Source of the DNA: a virus
Strand: one strand, 5' to 3'
Length of the DNA stretch: 36,406 bases
IMG/VR virus record: IMGVR_UViG_3300027917_000013
Shown here: in pieces, positions 24,973 through 33,091 of the stretch
Position numbering within the stretch: position 1 is the stretch's first letter
Layout: every line of letters begins with the position of its first letter
The notes under the pieces: generated by a model
What the model saw: only the letters and a program-made list of their open reading frames with translations
Database searches by the model: none
Told to the model about the DNA's origin: nothing
Translations under genes and position numbers: made by a program

Positions 24973-25467
24973 TTACGCGGTTGCAAAGGTTACATCATAA
25001 GTATATTCAACCGCTTGGTTTGTCGCGCAAGTTGATGACCCATAAGTATTACCCGCAAAGATGGTCCCGCCCGTTGAGCTCGCGAAAAGCCCAATGTTTG
25101 CAAGGGATTCGGTTGCGGTAACAAACGAGTCCACACTTGCAAAGGTCCCAGTAAAGCGGACCCGGGTTGAGCCCGAACTTGCCGCGGTTACCGCGTCCCG
25201 GTTTCCATTTGCATTGGAACCCGTAACCTCGGATTGTAGCGCGGTATCCGTTGCGCCCGGTTCCGTCCCCTCACCAAGCGCGGCATAAGAAATATAACTT
25301 GAGCCCGAAATGGAGCCCAGGGATTTTACAAGGTAACCAAGGACCCCGTCATTTACGATTTGGTTGGGTCCCTGATAACCCGAATCTCCCGCAATGCTCC
25401 CGTCTTGGTTGCGGATTCTTACATGAGAAAACCCATGTATCTTTATTCCTTTTTCTTTTACTTTCAT
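24973..25467 (-). CDS. Hypothetical Ser/Thr/Gly/Ala-rich protein (possible virion component)
   Basis: 164-aa ORF just downstream of TerL, with GGAG 8 nt upstream. Its composition looks beta-rich (…AALGEGTEPGATDTALQSEV…IGLFASSTGGTIFAG…). No family named with confidence. Confidence 0.65.
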   Translation of the reverse strand: MKVKEKGIKIHGFSHVRIRNQDGSIAGDSGYQGPNQIVNDGVLGYLVKSLGSISGSSYISYAALGEGTEPGATDTALQSEVTGSNANGNRDAVTAASSGSTRVRFTGTFASVDSFVTATESLANIGLFASSTGGTIFAGNTYGSSTCATNQAVEYTYDVTFATA

Positions 25468-25558
25468 TTCGTTTACTCCTATTCAATAAAATTTGTATGT
25501 TTCAGCTCAACCGGCTCAAAAATCATTGCATTAATTTTCCCATTCGTTGCCCTCCAAT

Positions 25559-26809
25559 TTACCTTGCCCTTGAATAAGCCCAATACCTGAAACCATCAAC
25601 CGCATGATTGTTTTTATCAATTGGGTTTTCGTCATCTTTGCGACTCCCTTGCTCCGGGTATTTGTACCCGTCCGTCAATTCACCAATAAAGTTTTTGCAT
25701 CTTGGATGCACAATCAAACTCCTATAACCGTTTGAGTCCCGTATTAATCGCCTTACAACCGCAATGCCCTCAACAATCTTATGAGCCTTAAACCTGTAAG
25801 GAATATCCGCAAGCCTGAAACGGTTTTGTAATTCTTTCGCCTCCGGGGGACCAATACAAATATCAGGTTTGGGGAGCCCGTAAGATTCGCATTTTTGTAT
25901 TACCTCCTCAACGCATGTTTCCGCCAAATGACGGGAGTGATAAATTTCATCAAAGACAATTACATTGCTCGGGGTCCGTTGAATAAACAAGATTGCCCGG
26001 GGGTCAATGTACCCATCATCAACGCCCAACTCAACGGTCAACTCGGGGTTGGGCTCAACCCGCTCAATGTTTGCGGTATCAAACTCCCGATAAACAACGC
26101 CTTCCGCCTGGACCCATTTACCCTCAAGCAAGCGTTGTCTTTGTATGCCCGTAAGCATTTCCAAGGATTCAAGGTATGAGGGCGGATTATATGGGTTGTC
26201 CCTTGCATTGGAGTAATAAACCTTTGCCAATTTCCCGAGGATAAGATTTTTGTTTATAAAATGCTCGGGTCCTCCCGGGTTGGTTGACAAAATGATTTGA
26301 GTCCAGTTTGCCGCGGTCCCCCGCATCCGGGCAAGAATTTCGTTGAAATCGGACTCCTCGAATTGCACCGCTTCCTCAAGCCAAACAACATCAACCTTGC
26401 CCTCATGCCCGATTGAGCGGATATGCTCCCGTTGCTCTTGGTTTGCCATGCCTCCCCAAGCAAGAATTGACCCGTTGTCATATTCAAACCTGAAAAGGGA
26501 CGGGCGGAAAGTAACCCGGGGGTCTTGGGCAATGATGGTCTTTTGCATAAAGAGGACAACCGAATTTGACATTGATTGTCTAATCTTGCGGACCATGAGC
26601 CCCATTGCTCCCGGGTATTTGAGCATAAAACCATGAATCTTTTCGCCCGCAAGCCTGGATTTACCCCCGCCCGCCGCGCCCGTCAAAAGCATAATTCGGG
26701 ATTTATCGCGCCAAGGATTTATTTGCCAAGGTAATGGTTTGTAATGTGCAATGTATTTCTTACGTTGTGAGGGCGGGGATTTCGTTTGTGTCCTCATTGT
26801 CCCAATCAT
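25559..26809 (-). CDS. terL: Terminase large subunit
   Basis: 416 aa following TerS. The Walker A-like motif is LLTGAAGGGKSRLAGEK. A WLEEA acidic (Walker B-like) motif and a C-terminal nuclease-sized region are also present. Confidence 0.8.
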   Translation of the reverse strand: MIGTMRTQTKSPPSQRKKYIAHYKPLPWQINPWRDKSRIMLLTGAAGGGKSRLAGEKIHGFMLKYPGAMGLMVRKIRQSMSNSVVLFMQKTIIAQDPRVTFRPSLFRFEYDNGSILAWGGMANQEQREHIRSIGHEGKVDVVWLEEAVQFEESDFNEILARMRGTAANWTQIILSTNPGGPEHFINKNLILGKLAKVYYSNARDNPYNPPSYLESLEMLTGIQRQRLLEGKWVQAEGVVYREFDTANIERVEPNPELTVELGVDDGYIDPRAILFIQRTPSNVIVFDEIYHSRHLAETCVEEVIQKCESYGLPKPDICIGPPEAKELQNRFRLADIPYRFKAHKIVEGIAVVRRLIRDSNGYRSLIVHPRCKNFIGELTDGYKYPEQGSRKDDENPIDKNNHAVDGFRYWAYSRAR

Positions 26810-27347
26810 CCGGGCTTACTTGCTCATAAGCCTTAACAACCGTAACGGTTGTATCTTGCTCAATCTTGTCCGTCCATAATTTGTGAAATTTTCCAACTTG
26901 AATTAAAGCGGTTTGGGAGTCATAAAATTCAACCTCCGCAATACGCCCGGAAACCCGGGACATTTTCATCTTTTTAATCAAATGCCCTTTACCATCTTTA
27001 AGCAACCTCTTAAGGTCAAGTATTTTTGTTTCGGGGTCAATATAATCATTGTATTCCGCTTTTGCCTGGGACCCCAAACGGTCTAATATTTCATTTGGGG
27101 TAATCATCCGCTCACCTAAAATTCTGTCAATCTCCTCCCTTATTTTAGGTTTTTTTAGATTGTCATGCCCAACAACGCCCAAAGTACTATAAGACCCCTT
27201 ATAACCTGCCATTTCCGCGGCTCGGGTTGCATTAAGGGTTTCAACGTAATAATGAATAAATAACCGTTGCTTTGGAGTAAACCCGGTCATTGGGGTCAAT
27301 AATCGCCCGTTGTGTTTCCCGTTTGAATTATGCCCGTTGTTGCTCAT
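26760..27347 (-). CDS. terS: Terminase small subunit (Terminase_2 / P27-like)
   Basis: 195 aa. The sequence LTPKQRLFIHYYVETLNATRAAEMAGYKG matches the characteristic HTH start of this family. It lies immediately upstream of TerL. Confidence 0.75.
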   Translation of the reverse strand: MSNNGHNSNGKHNGRLLTPMTGFTPKQRLFIHYYVETLNATRAAEMAGYKGSYSTLGVVGHDNLKKPKIREEIDRILGERMITPNEILDRLGSQAKAEYNDYIDPETKILDLKRLLKDGKGHLIKKMKMSRVSGRIAEVEFYDSQTALIQVGKFHKLWTDKIEQDTTVTVVKAYEQVSPDDWDNEDTNEIPALTT

Positions 27348-28204
27348 ATTCTCACAACCTTATACTCCGCATTTTCAAGGTCCGTAACCCGTTTGTTTAG
27401 CGCGTCAATTTGCTCTTGTAAATCATCATCCGGGGGGATTGGCTCAACAACCCCGCAATAAGCGCGCAACTCGTTTTGGGTCCCAAAGAAATAATTGTAA
27501 TCAACATTGGTAGTAACCGCGGGGACCAAAGGAACCCAACTATGCTTACCCGAAACCCCGATTTGCCAAAGTTTGAGCATTGGCGAAACCCAACCAATCG
27601 GGAGGGTTGGGGAGCTTGCACTTGTCCAATGAGCAACCCAACCGTCATAATTGGGAGCCCAAGAGGTATTACCAATCAATTGTTGCCAAAGATACGGGGA
27701 TGAATAAAACCCGGACCGGGCGCGGTAATCATTCGTTACCTCAAGGTAATTAAGCAAATTACCAACACGCGTATTTACGCTTACATTATCAGGGGTTTCA
27801 ACGTCCGCCCAGGTTGGGGGTTTATATAAAAGACGCTCGACAATTTTATAAAGCTCGAATAAATGGGTATTTGCTTGTAATTGCCCGGAAACGTTTGAGC
27901 GGAAAAAATGGTAAACCATAACCGCAAGGTCCGCATCCTGGGCGCGGTAACAATATTCATGGGACCCATCAACAACCCAGTTTGCCTCCGTTAATTTTAC
28001 GATAACCGCTCCGAATCCGTCCGCTTTGAGTTTTTTGAAATCAACATTTGGTTGATAATCGGGATGCAAATCAAGGACCGGGACAACTGGGGGAGCAACC
28101 GCAAGGGTACGCGCGGCAAATGCAACTACCTTATCCCAGGTTGAGGGGTAAGGGGTTTCAAAAAATCTTGGGTCCCTGGTTGTTGGATTAAAACCGTTTG
28201 TCAT
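27344..28204 (-). CDS. Endolysin, GH25 muramidase-like
   Basis: 286 aa with collinear GH25 landmarks: LDLHPDYQ..VDFKKLKADGFGAVIVKLTE, VMVYHFF, WADVE, SGFYSSPYLWQQ, GWVAHWT, LKLWQIGVSG and VDYNYFFG. A C-terminal coiled tail follows. Confidence 0.7.
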   Translation of the reverse strand: MTNGFNPTTRDPRFFETPYPSTWDKVVAFAARTLAVAPPVVPVLDLHPDYQPNVDFKKLKADGFGAVIVKLTEANWVVDGSHEYCYRAQDADLAVMVYHFFRSNVSGQLQANTHLFELYKIVERLLYKPPTWADVETPDNVSVNTRVGNLLNYLEVTNDYRARSGFYSSPYLWQQLIGNTSWAPNYDGWVAHWTSASSPTLPIGWVSPMLKLWQIGVSGKHSWVPLVPAVTTNVDYNYFFGTQNELRAYCGVVEPIPPDDDLQEQIDALNKRVTDLENAEYKVVRI

Positions 28205-28215
28205 AATTTATTTAC

Positions 28216-28248
28216 GGGGTCCGGGTCGGGGGAGGCAACCCGGACCCC
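28216..28248 (-). promoter_or_regulatory. Perfect 11-bp GC-rich hairpin 11 nt upstream of the endolysin start
   Basis: The arms are GGGGTCCGGGT (28216-28226) and ACCCGGACCCC (28238-28248), with an 11-nt loop. The endolysin ATG has no recognisable Shine-Dalgarno sequence. Confidence 0.55.
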
Positions 28249-28288
28249 AGGAAAAGGGAGGGTACATTCAATTTATGATGTTTTACCG

Positions 28289-28639
28289 TTAAGTTGCTCC
28301 CTTGTCCAAACAATACTCATTGGTAATTATTTCCTCCGCTTCCTTGTGTGAAGCATCAACAAGGGCGCGCCAAACTACCAAAAGCAAAACAACCAAAAGC
28401 GGGGTCAAAACATAATCCATAAAAAACTGAATTGAATCACCCGTAACCCCAAACAAACGCCGCGCAATCAACGCAACCCATAAGCCAAGAAAAAACAGGG
28501 ACGCGATAACATGGGCATAAATGGTCCGGGGGGATACTTCATCTTTTCGAGCAATCGCCAAACTTATAATTGAGTAAGCAAGAGCGGGGTAAATAATGAG
28601 CCTCAACCAAAGCAAGACAAACCTCAAGAGGTCCTCCAT
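28289..28639 (-). CDS. Multi-pass membrane protein (holin/antiholin candidate)
   Basis: 116 aa with 3-4 hydrophobic segments. It starts 1 nt after the upstream stop and sits directly upstream of the endolysin. Confidence 0.6.
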   Translation of the reverse strand: MEDLLRFVLLWLRLIIYPALAYSIISLAIARKDEVSPRTIYAHVIASLFFLGLWVALIARRLFGVTGDSIQFFMDYVLTPLLVVLLLVVWRALVDASHKEAEEIITNEYCLDKGAT

Positions 28640-28870
28640 TTAAGTTTTACCTCCAAACAAGATTGCCAATCCCGCGGCAACCGCGGACGCGAGGACGGTA
28701 AAAGCCCCTTGCGCGGCTTGAAAAAGAGTCATGCGCTCGGACAACCTTGCAACTTGTATTTTCAACTCCTCAACCTCCGCGTCCCGTTTTTCACATTCCG
28801 CCTCAAGTTTGATAATCTTATCTGATAAAACGTCAATTTTGAGGACCTTGTTGTTATCATCATTTACCAT
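28640..28870 (-). CDS. Coiled-coil protein with a C-terminal TM anchor (lysis accessory candidate)
   Basis: 76 aa. It has a charged heptad-like N-terminus (KIIKLEAECEKRDAEVEELKIQVARLSERM) and a hydrophobic C-terminus (FTVLASAVAAGLAILFGG). Confidence 0.6.
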   Translation of the reverse strand: MVNDDNNKVLKIDVLSDKIIKLEAECEKRDAEVEELKIQVARLSERMTLFQAAQGAFTVLASAVAAGLAILFGGKT

Positions 28871-28907
28871 AAAGACTCCCCGCTCGGGCGAATGTTTGAA
28901 TGGGGAT

Positions 28908-29204
28908 TTATACCTTATTTACTTTACTGGCAATATCTTTCCCAACCTCAAACACGCCCGCCGCGGTCAATCCTGGGACAAGCCCAAAAAAGAAAAACGC
29001 GATATATTGCCCCAAAGTTTGAGGGGGTCCAAGCGCGGCAACCTGGGCAACAACCCCGAGGACAAACCCGGTTAAAAGAGCAAGCCCAAGTTGCAAACGT
29101 CCCTGGGCTCCGAATTTTCCGTATAAGGTTACCAATCCCAAAATAAAAGGTTGCAGTAATACAGTATTTACAACCGCTTGCTTAATAAATTCACTTGGTT
29201 CCAT
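28908..29204 (-). CDS. Three-TM membrane protein (holin candidate), first gene of the late operon
   Basis: 98 aa from ATG 29204, preceded by GAGGAGTCAAAAAAC. The ORF-track start at 29309 (133 aa) has no RBS, and that extension covers promoter-like sequence. Confidence 0.6.
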   Translation of the reverse strand: MEPSEFIKQAVVNTVLLQPFILGLVTLYGKFGAQGRLQLGLALLTGFVLGVVAQVAALGPPQTLGQYIAFFFFGLVPGLTAAGVFEVGKDIASKVNKV

Positions 29205-29303
29205 GTTTTTTGACTCCTCGAATAGTTGACCCAATACCCCCGCGTTTCGATGGTACAACAAAACAAACAAATTTGCAAGTATTAACGTATATAAGCCTAA
29301 TAA

Positions 29304-29356
29304 TTGCAAGGTCTTAACATTTAAACTATTGACTAACGTATAAATATCGTATTATA
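29304..29356. promoter_or_regulatory. Divergent promoter region (candidates only)
   Basis: The only divergent intergenic region in the genome. Rightward there is TTGACT (29329-29334) followed after 15 nt by TATTAT (29350-29355). The complement of 29351-29356 reads TATAAT for leftward transcription. TTGCAA lies at 29304-29309. Spacings are imperfect. Confidence 0.35.
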
Positions 29357-29404
29357 CTTACCCCATCGGACCATTTTACAGGGGCAACGAGAGGAGTCAA
29401 AAAA

Positions 29405-30088
29405 ATGAATAAAAATAGTTTTTACTGCAAGCATGGTCATTTTATCGGGGGACCATTGGGACCGGATTATATTTGCGGTCTTTGCGAATCGGGAGCGGAT
29501 ATTTTGGTTAAGGTCCCATGTTGGAAAATTTACTTGACCCCGGACCCCGATAAAGAGGGTCAATTATACAAAACCGTTTACTCCATTGAGGGTTTGAAAA
29601 CAACCAACCCCTTGTTTGGAATTGCGGACAATGCGGGTAAATACTCAATGGTAACCTTGGAAATCGCCCTTGAGCAAATATGGGTTGCCGAGGCGGATTT
29701 TGATGATGCGCCAACCCTGGGGGAAATAATGGTCAAGGTTGAGCCCGAGGAAACATTTGAGTTTATGAACATTGACCCGGATTATCCCGATAATCCCGAG
29801 CCCGAATTACCGGATTGGATGAAAGACGAAACCGAATATTGCCCGCGTTGCGGGGACCCGGATTACAAACTTGTTGATTGTCGTTGTACGATTGATGCGG
29901 ACCGGGACATTGATGAATTTGACCCCGGTTATTATGATGAAATCGAAACCCCCCAGGATTCGGATTTTGATTACTGGGGCAACCCCTGGGCTCCCGGTCA
30001 AATTGAACTACAAAACCGGGACAACAACCCGATTTTTGCGGACCCATTTGCCCGCCCGGATTGGGACGGGGACCCAAACGAGTATTAA
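29405..30088 (+). CDS. First early protein: Cys/His N-terminus and a highly acidic C-terminal half
   Basis: 227 aa preceded by GAGAGGAGTCAAAAAA. By my count the last 132 aa contain about 40 Asp/Glu and about 8 Lys/Arg. CxxC pairs are present (ICGLC, CPRC). Confidence 0.8.
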   Translation: MNKNSFYCKHGHFIGGPLGPDYICGLCESGADILVKVPCWKIYLTPDPDKEGQLYKTVYSIEGLKTTNPLFGIADNAGKYSMVTLEIALEQIWVAEADFDDAPTLGEIMVKVEPEETFEFMNIDPDYPDNPEPELPDWMKDETEYCPRCGDPDYKLVDCRCTIDADRDIDEFDPGYYDEIETPQDSDFDYWGNPWAPGQIELQNRDNNPIFADPFARPDWDGDPNEY

Positions 30089-30105
30089 ACGAGGAGGTTT
30101 AGCTT

Positions 30106-30324
30106 ATGCCGCGTAAACAAATAAGTTTACAGTTATCCGATATGACCCAGGAAAAAATTGCCGCGCTTGCGGAATACTGGGGGTTTCCCCCCGTCCGTCA
30201 TAATACGCCCGTAATTGCCGAGGCAATTGACAGGATATATCGAGAAACTTTCCGCGACTCCCCCCCAGGGAGTCGGGAGCAAATTATAAAAACAGTTGCA
30301 AAAAAGATTGGAATGAGGGAGTAA
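30106..30324 (+). CDS. Ribbon-helix-helix (CopG/Arc-like) DNA-binding protein, putative
   Basis: 72 aa. It has a basic beta-strand-like start (PRKQISLQLSD) followed by two helices (QEKIAALAEYWG and VIAEAIDRIYRETF). GAGGAGG lies upstream. Confidence 0.45.
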   Translation: MPRKQISLQLSDMTQEKIAALAEYWGFPPVRHNTPVIAEAIDRIYRETFRDSPPGSREQIIKTVAKKIGMRE

Positions 30325-30330
30325 AACAAA

Positions 30331-30615
30331 ATGTTACAAGGGGCAAATATACAAATTGAAAACGCTTTGGCAACGTCCCCGGAATTTCGGGACGGGTATT
30401 TTACTTGCTGGAAACTAAACGAATTGACCAAGACCCCCGGGGGTCATCTTATCCCCGAAATTGCGGACCAATATGATTACTACCTCGGGCAAGCAATGGA
30501 AAAGAGCGGAAATGATGAATTTCGAGCGGGATATCTTGCGGGGGTCCGGGTAATAATGCAACCCGAGTTTGAGCATTTGGGACCCGAGCATTACCGGACC
30601 AATGGGGGGTATTGA
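30331..30615 (+). CDS. Hypothetical protein
   Basis: 94-aa ORF in the early operon. No family recognised. Confidence 0.65.
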   Translation: MLQGANIQIENALATSPEFRDGYFTCWKLNELTKTPGGHLIPEIADQYDYYLGQAMEKSGNDEFRAGYLAGVRVIMQPEFEHLGPEHYRTNGGY

Positions 30616-30616
30616 A

Positions 30617-30931
30617 ATGAATAAAATAAAATTTCATTTATCGGGTGATATGTTCTGCGAATTGGGTTTTGATAATGACGGAATTGTTGAGGAATTAAAA
30701 CCCAGTTTACAAACCGTTTTATTTGGCGTTTTATACAAGTCCCAAAAACGCGGACGCGGTTACACCTATATTTTTGAGGTTGAGCCCGCAATTGCGCGGG
30801 ATTTCGTTGATGAAATGCGTTTTGCCTCGGAGGGTAAAACCTATGGGGTTGACCCCGATTGCGCCCGCCTTAATAAACGCATTTTGAAACGAGCGGACAA
30901 GATTGAAAAAATGATTGGGGAGTCCAAATGA
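30617..30931 (+). CDS. Hypothetical protein
   Basis: 104 aa from ATG 30617 (MNKIKFHLSG...), which starts 1 nt after the upstream TGA. The ORF-track start at 30569 would overlap the upstream gene by 47 nt. Confidence 0.65.
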   Translation: MNKIKFHLSGDMFCELGFDNDGIVEELKPSLQTVLFGVLYKSQKRGRGYTYIFEVEPAIARDFVDEMRFASEGKTYGVDPDCARLNKRILKRADKIEKMIGESK

Positions 30932-31164
30932 CCAACATTGCTCTTTTCACATTCCCCCCGCGCTTTTGCCCAATATGCGCCTATCGGTTTTTATTCAATT
31001 CCCCGCTTGTACTGGGGGATTACCAAAACAAACTTGTTTTTAATTGCCCGCGTTGTCAACTCGAATTTCAACGGGCAACCGTCAACGAATGTTTGAGTAT
31101 TTCCAAATCATCCGGGGGGACGTTATACACTCGGCATACCCAAATGGAGGAGTCAAATGAATGA
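30928..31164 (+). CDS. Small Zn-ribbon protein
   Basis: 78 aa with CPIC ... CPRC. ATGA overlap with the upstream gene. Confidence 0.65.
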   Translation: MTNIALFTFPPRFCPICAYRFLFNSPLVLGDYQNKLVFNCPRCQLEFQRATVNECLSISKSSGGTLYTRHTQMEESNE

Positions 31165-31318
31165 GCTTACACTTGCGGAAATCTTTTTTGGTATCTTGCT
31201 CCCTTTTGCAACCGTTGTAATGATATTCCTTGGCGGGCGCAAAAGCAAACCCGCAATTTTTCAAGAGCTTGACGAAATTGAGCAAGCCCAGGACCAAATT
31301 GACAGGTTGCGAAAATGA
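31157..31318 (+). CDS. Small single-TM peptide (53 aa), absent from the ORF track
   Basis: My hand translation is MNELTLAEIFFGILLPFATVVMIFLGGRKSKPAIFQELDEIEQAQDQIDRLRK. It is preceded by GGAGGAGTCAA. The stop overlaps the next ATG as ATGA. Confidence 0.55.
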   Translation: MNELTLAEIFFGILLPFATVVMIFLGGRKSKPAIFQELDEIEQAQDQIDRLRK

Positions 31319-31587
31319 GCTTTACGGATGCGGAAATTGGTTTTGTCATTCGGGATTATGTTTGCGCCCAATGTTACCATGAGTTTATGCACTTCCCAAC
31401 GGGTCATAATAAATGGGTTGCCATTTGCCGAAACTGCAAAACGGACGCGGAAAAGGGCGGGCGGATTACCGTTTATACCGCGGAAAAAATGGGACAACGC
31501 AACCTTACAAGATACCGGGAATTAAAAGAGCGGGAGCCCAGGGAAAGACGGGACCCCGCCCAAATCATAACCGAATTAGGATTTTGA
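31315..31587 (+). CDS. Small Zn-finger protein
   Basis: 90 aa with CAQC ... CRNC and a basic C-terminal tail. Confidence 0.65.
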   Translation: MSFTDAEIGFVIRDYVCAQCYHEFMHFPTGHNKWVAICRNCKTDAEKGGRITVYTAEKMGQRNLTRYRELKEREPRERRDPAQIITELGF

Positions 31588-31602
31588 AAGAGGAGTCAAA
31601 TT

Positions 31603-32919
31603 ATGCCAATTATAGGATTGACGGACGGGACCCCGTCCATTAAAGAAATCGGGCGAATCCGTAAGGGCTCGGAAAAAGAGCAATACAAACCCGGGGTAAA
31701 CCTTGATTATTTCCGGGTTACTTTTCGCCCGGATGAAACCGAAATGCAAAATGCGTTTAATAGCATTTACGGGAATGAGCCCAGGACCATCAATGTAAAG
31801 CTCGCGTATGATGTTTGGGATGATAACCTTTTCTTTGCATATTACACTTGTTACCTTAAGGGCGGGATGCTCGGACAAGCAAACGGGGAGCAATGGGTTT
31901 ACCTCCGCGATTACCGGACCCAGGAAATCTTAATCAAGGGCGGGGAATTGACGGAAACGGGTAAAGCCCGGGAAATGAAAATTGCGTTTGATGAAAATGA
32001 GCCCGTTTATTTTTATCATTCCGAGCGTAAGAAAAAAGATATACCCGTTTACGCAAAACCCGAGGGGAGGGTTGCGTTGATGGTCCCCGAATTGGGGAGG
32101 TATGTTTACCTTACGCTTTTGACCCATGCGAAAAACGATTTGGCAAACTTGTCCGGGGAATTGCGGGACATATTCAACCGGGCGGAGCGGTTGGGAGTTT
32201 ACCCCTCGGATATTCCGCTTGTATTATCAAGACGGTTTGAGCCCGTAAGCAAGCCCGCATACAATGGGGAGGGGAGGATTACAACCGAGGAGTCCCTTGT
32301 CCATTTGGAGCCTCATGAGCAATTTGCAAAACTGGCAATTGGGTTTACCCAAAGAAAAACCTTGGAGGCGTTGACCCCTGGGCAACCCCATGTTGAGCAA
32401 TTGCCCGAGCAACCCGAGGATTATGCAATGCTCCCCTCGGGACCCGAGCCCCCGGAAAACTGGGATATAACCCCAGGACCAATGTTTGATTCGGAGCTTA
32501 TGCCCGAAAACAACGCCCAGGTTGAGCCAAAAGAGGAAACAGGGGATAAGGATACCCCCGAGGAAAATAAACCCCAGGAAAACCCCGTTTTTTCTTACGT
32601 TGATTTGGTCAATAAGCTCAACAACTGGGCGAAAATGTATAAAAACCAAGAGGCAACGACGCGGCATAGAAATTTGCTTGCATCGGTCCTTGATACAACC
32701 TTTGACGGGAATGAGGCAATGCGCCATAAGTTTACAAAGATGGTAACCGGGTTTGAATCAACAAGGGATATACCGGATGCGCTTTTACTTGCCATGCTCA
32801 AAACTTACCTGGGCGTTACGGGTTGGGATACCCCCCCAACCCCGGAGGCAATCCAAGAGGTCAAAGAATTGGGGAGCCTTTTGAATTTGGAGGATTCAGA
32901 AAATGACAATGACGAATGA
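31603..32919 (+). CDS. Large early protein, probable DNA replication or recombination factor (family not identified)
   Basis: 438 aa preceded by AGAGGAGTCAAATT. The conserved-looking N-terminus is IGRIRKGSEKEQYKPGVNLDYFRV. A Pro/Glu-rich linker follows, and the protein ends in an acidic tip (LEDSENDNDE) reminiscent of SSB-type tails. It lies upstream of the replisome-organizer gene. Confidence 0.8.
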   Translation: MPIIGLTDGTPSIKEIGRIRKGSEKEQYKPGVNLDYFRVTFRPDETEMQNAFNSIYGNEPRTINVKLAYDVWDDNLFFAYYTCYLKGGMLGQANGEQWVYLRDYRTQEILIKGGELTETGKAREMKIAFDENEPVYFYHSERKKKDIPVYAKPEGRVALMVPELGRYVYLTLLTHAKNDLANLSGELRDIFNRAERLGVYPSDIPLVLSRRFEPVSKPAYNGEGRITTEESLVHLEPHEQFAKLAIGFTQRKTLEALTPGQPHVEQLPEQPEDYAMLPSGPEPPENWDITPGPMFDSELMPENNAQVEPKEETGDKDTPEENKPQENPVFSYVDLVNKLNNWAKMYKNQEATTRHRNLLASVLDTTFDGNEAMRHKFTKMVTGFESTRDIPDALLLAMLKTYLGVTGWDTPPTPEAIQEVKELGSLLNLEDSENDNDE

Positions 32920-33091
32920 AAATCAAAATTTTGCAATTTGGGAGTCTTTGGAGCAAGTCAATCAAAGGTTAAAAAATCGCATTGTTGATTTGGAGCAAGA
33001 GGTTGACAGATTAAAAACCGATATTTACCAACTTGAGGACAAGGTTAACCGATTGGAGTCCCAGGTTGAATCCAACAACCGGGGTTGGTAA
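32903..33091 (+). CDS. Small coiled-coil protein
   Basis: 62 aa with GGAGGA 7 nt upstream. Heptad-like sequence: LKNRIVDLEQEVDRLKTDIYQLEDKVNRLESQVE. Confidence 0.6.
   Translation: MTMTNENQNFAIWESLEQVNQRLKNRIVDLEQEVDRLKTDIYQLEDKVNRLESQVESNNRGW

Noticed and set aside
30106-30615. The RHH protein plus the downstream 94-aa protein as a toxin-antitoxin pair
   Set aside because: The downstream protein is acidic and shows no resemblance to RelE, ParE or other toxins that pair with RHH antitoxins. Gene order and size alone are insufficient evidence.
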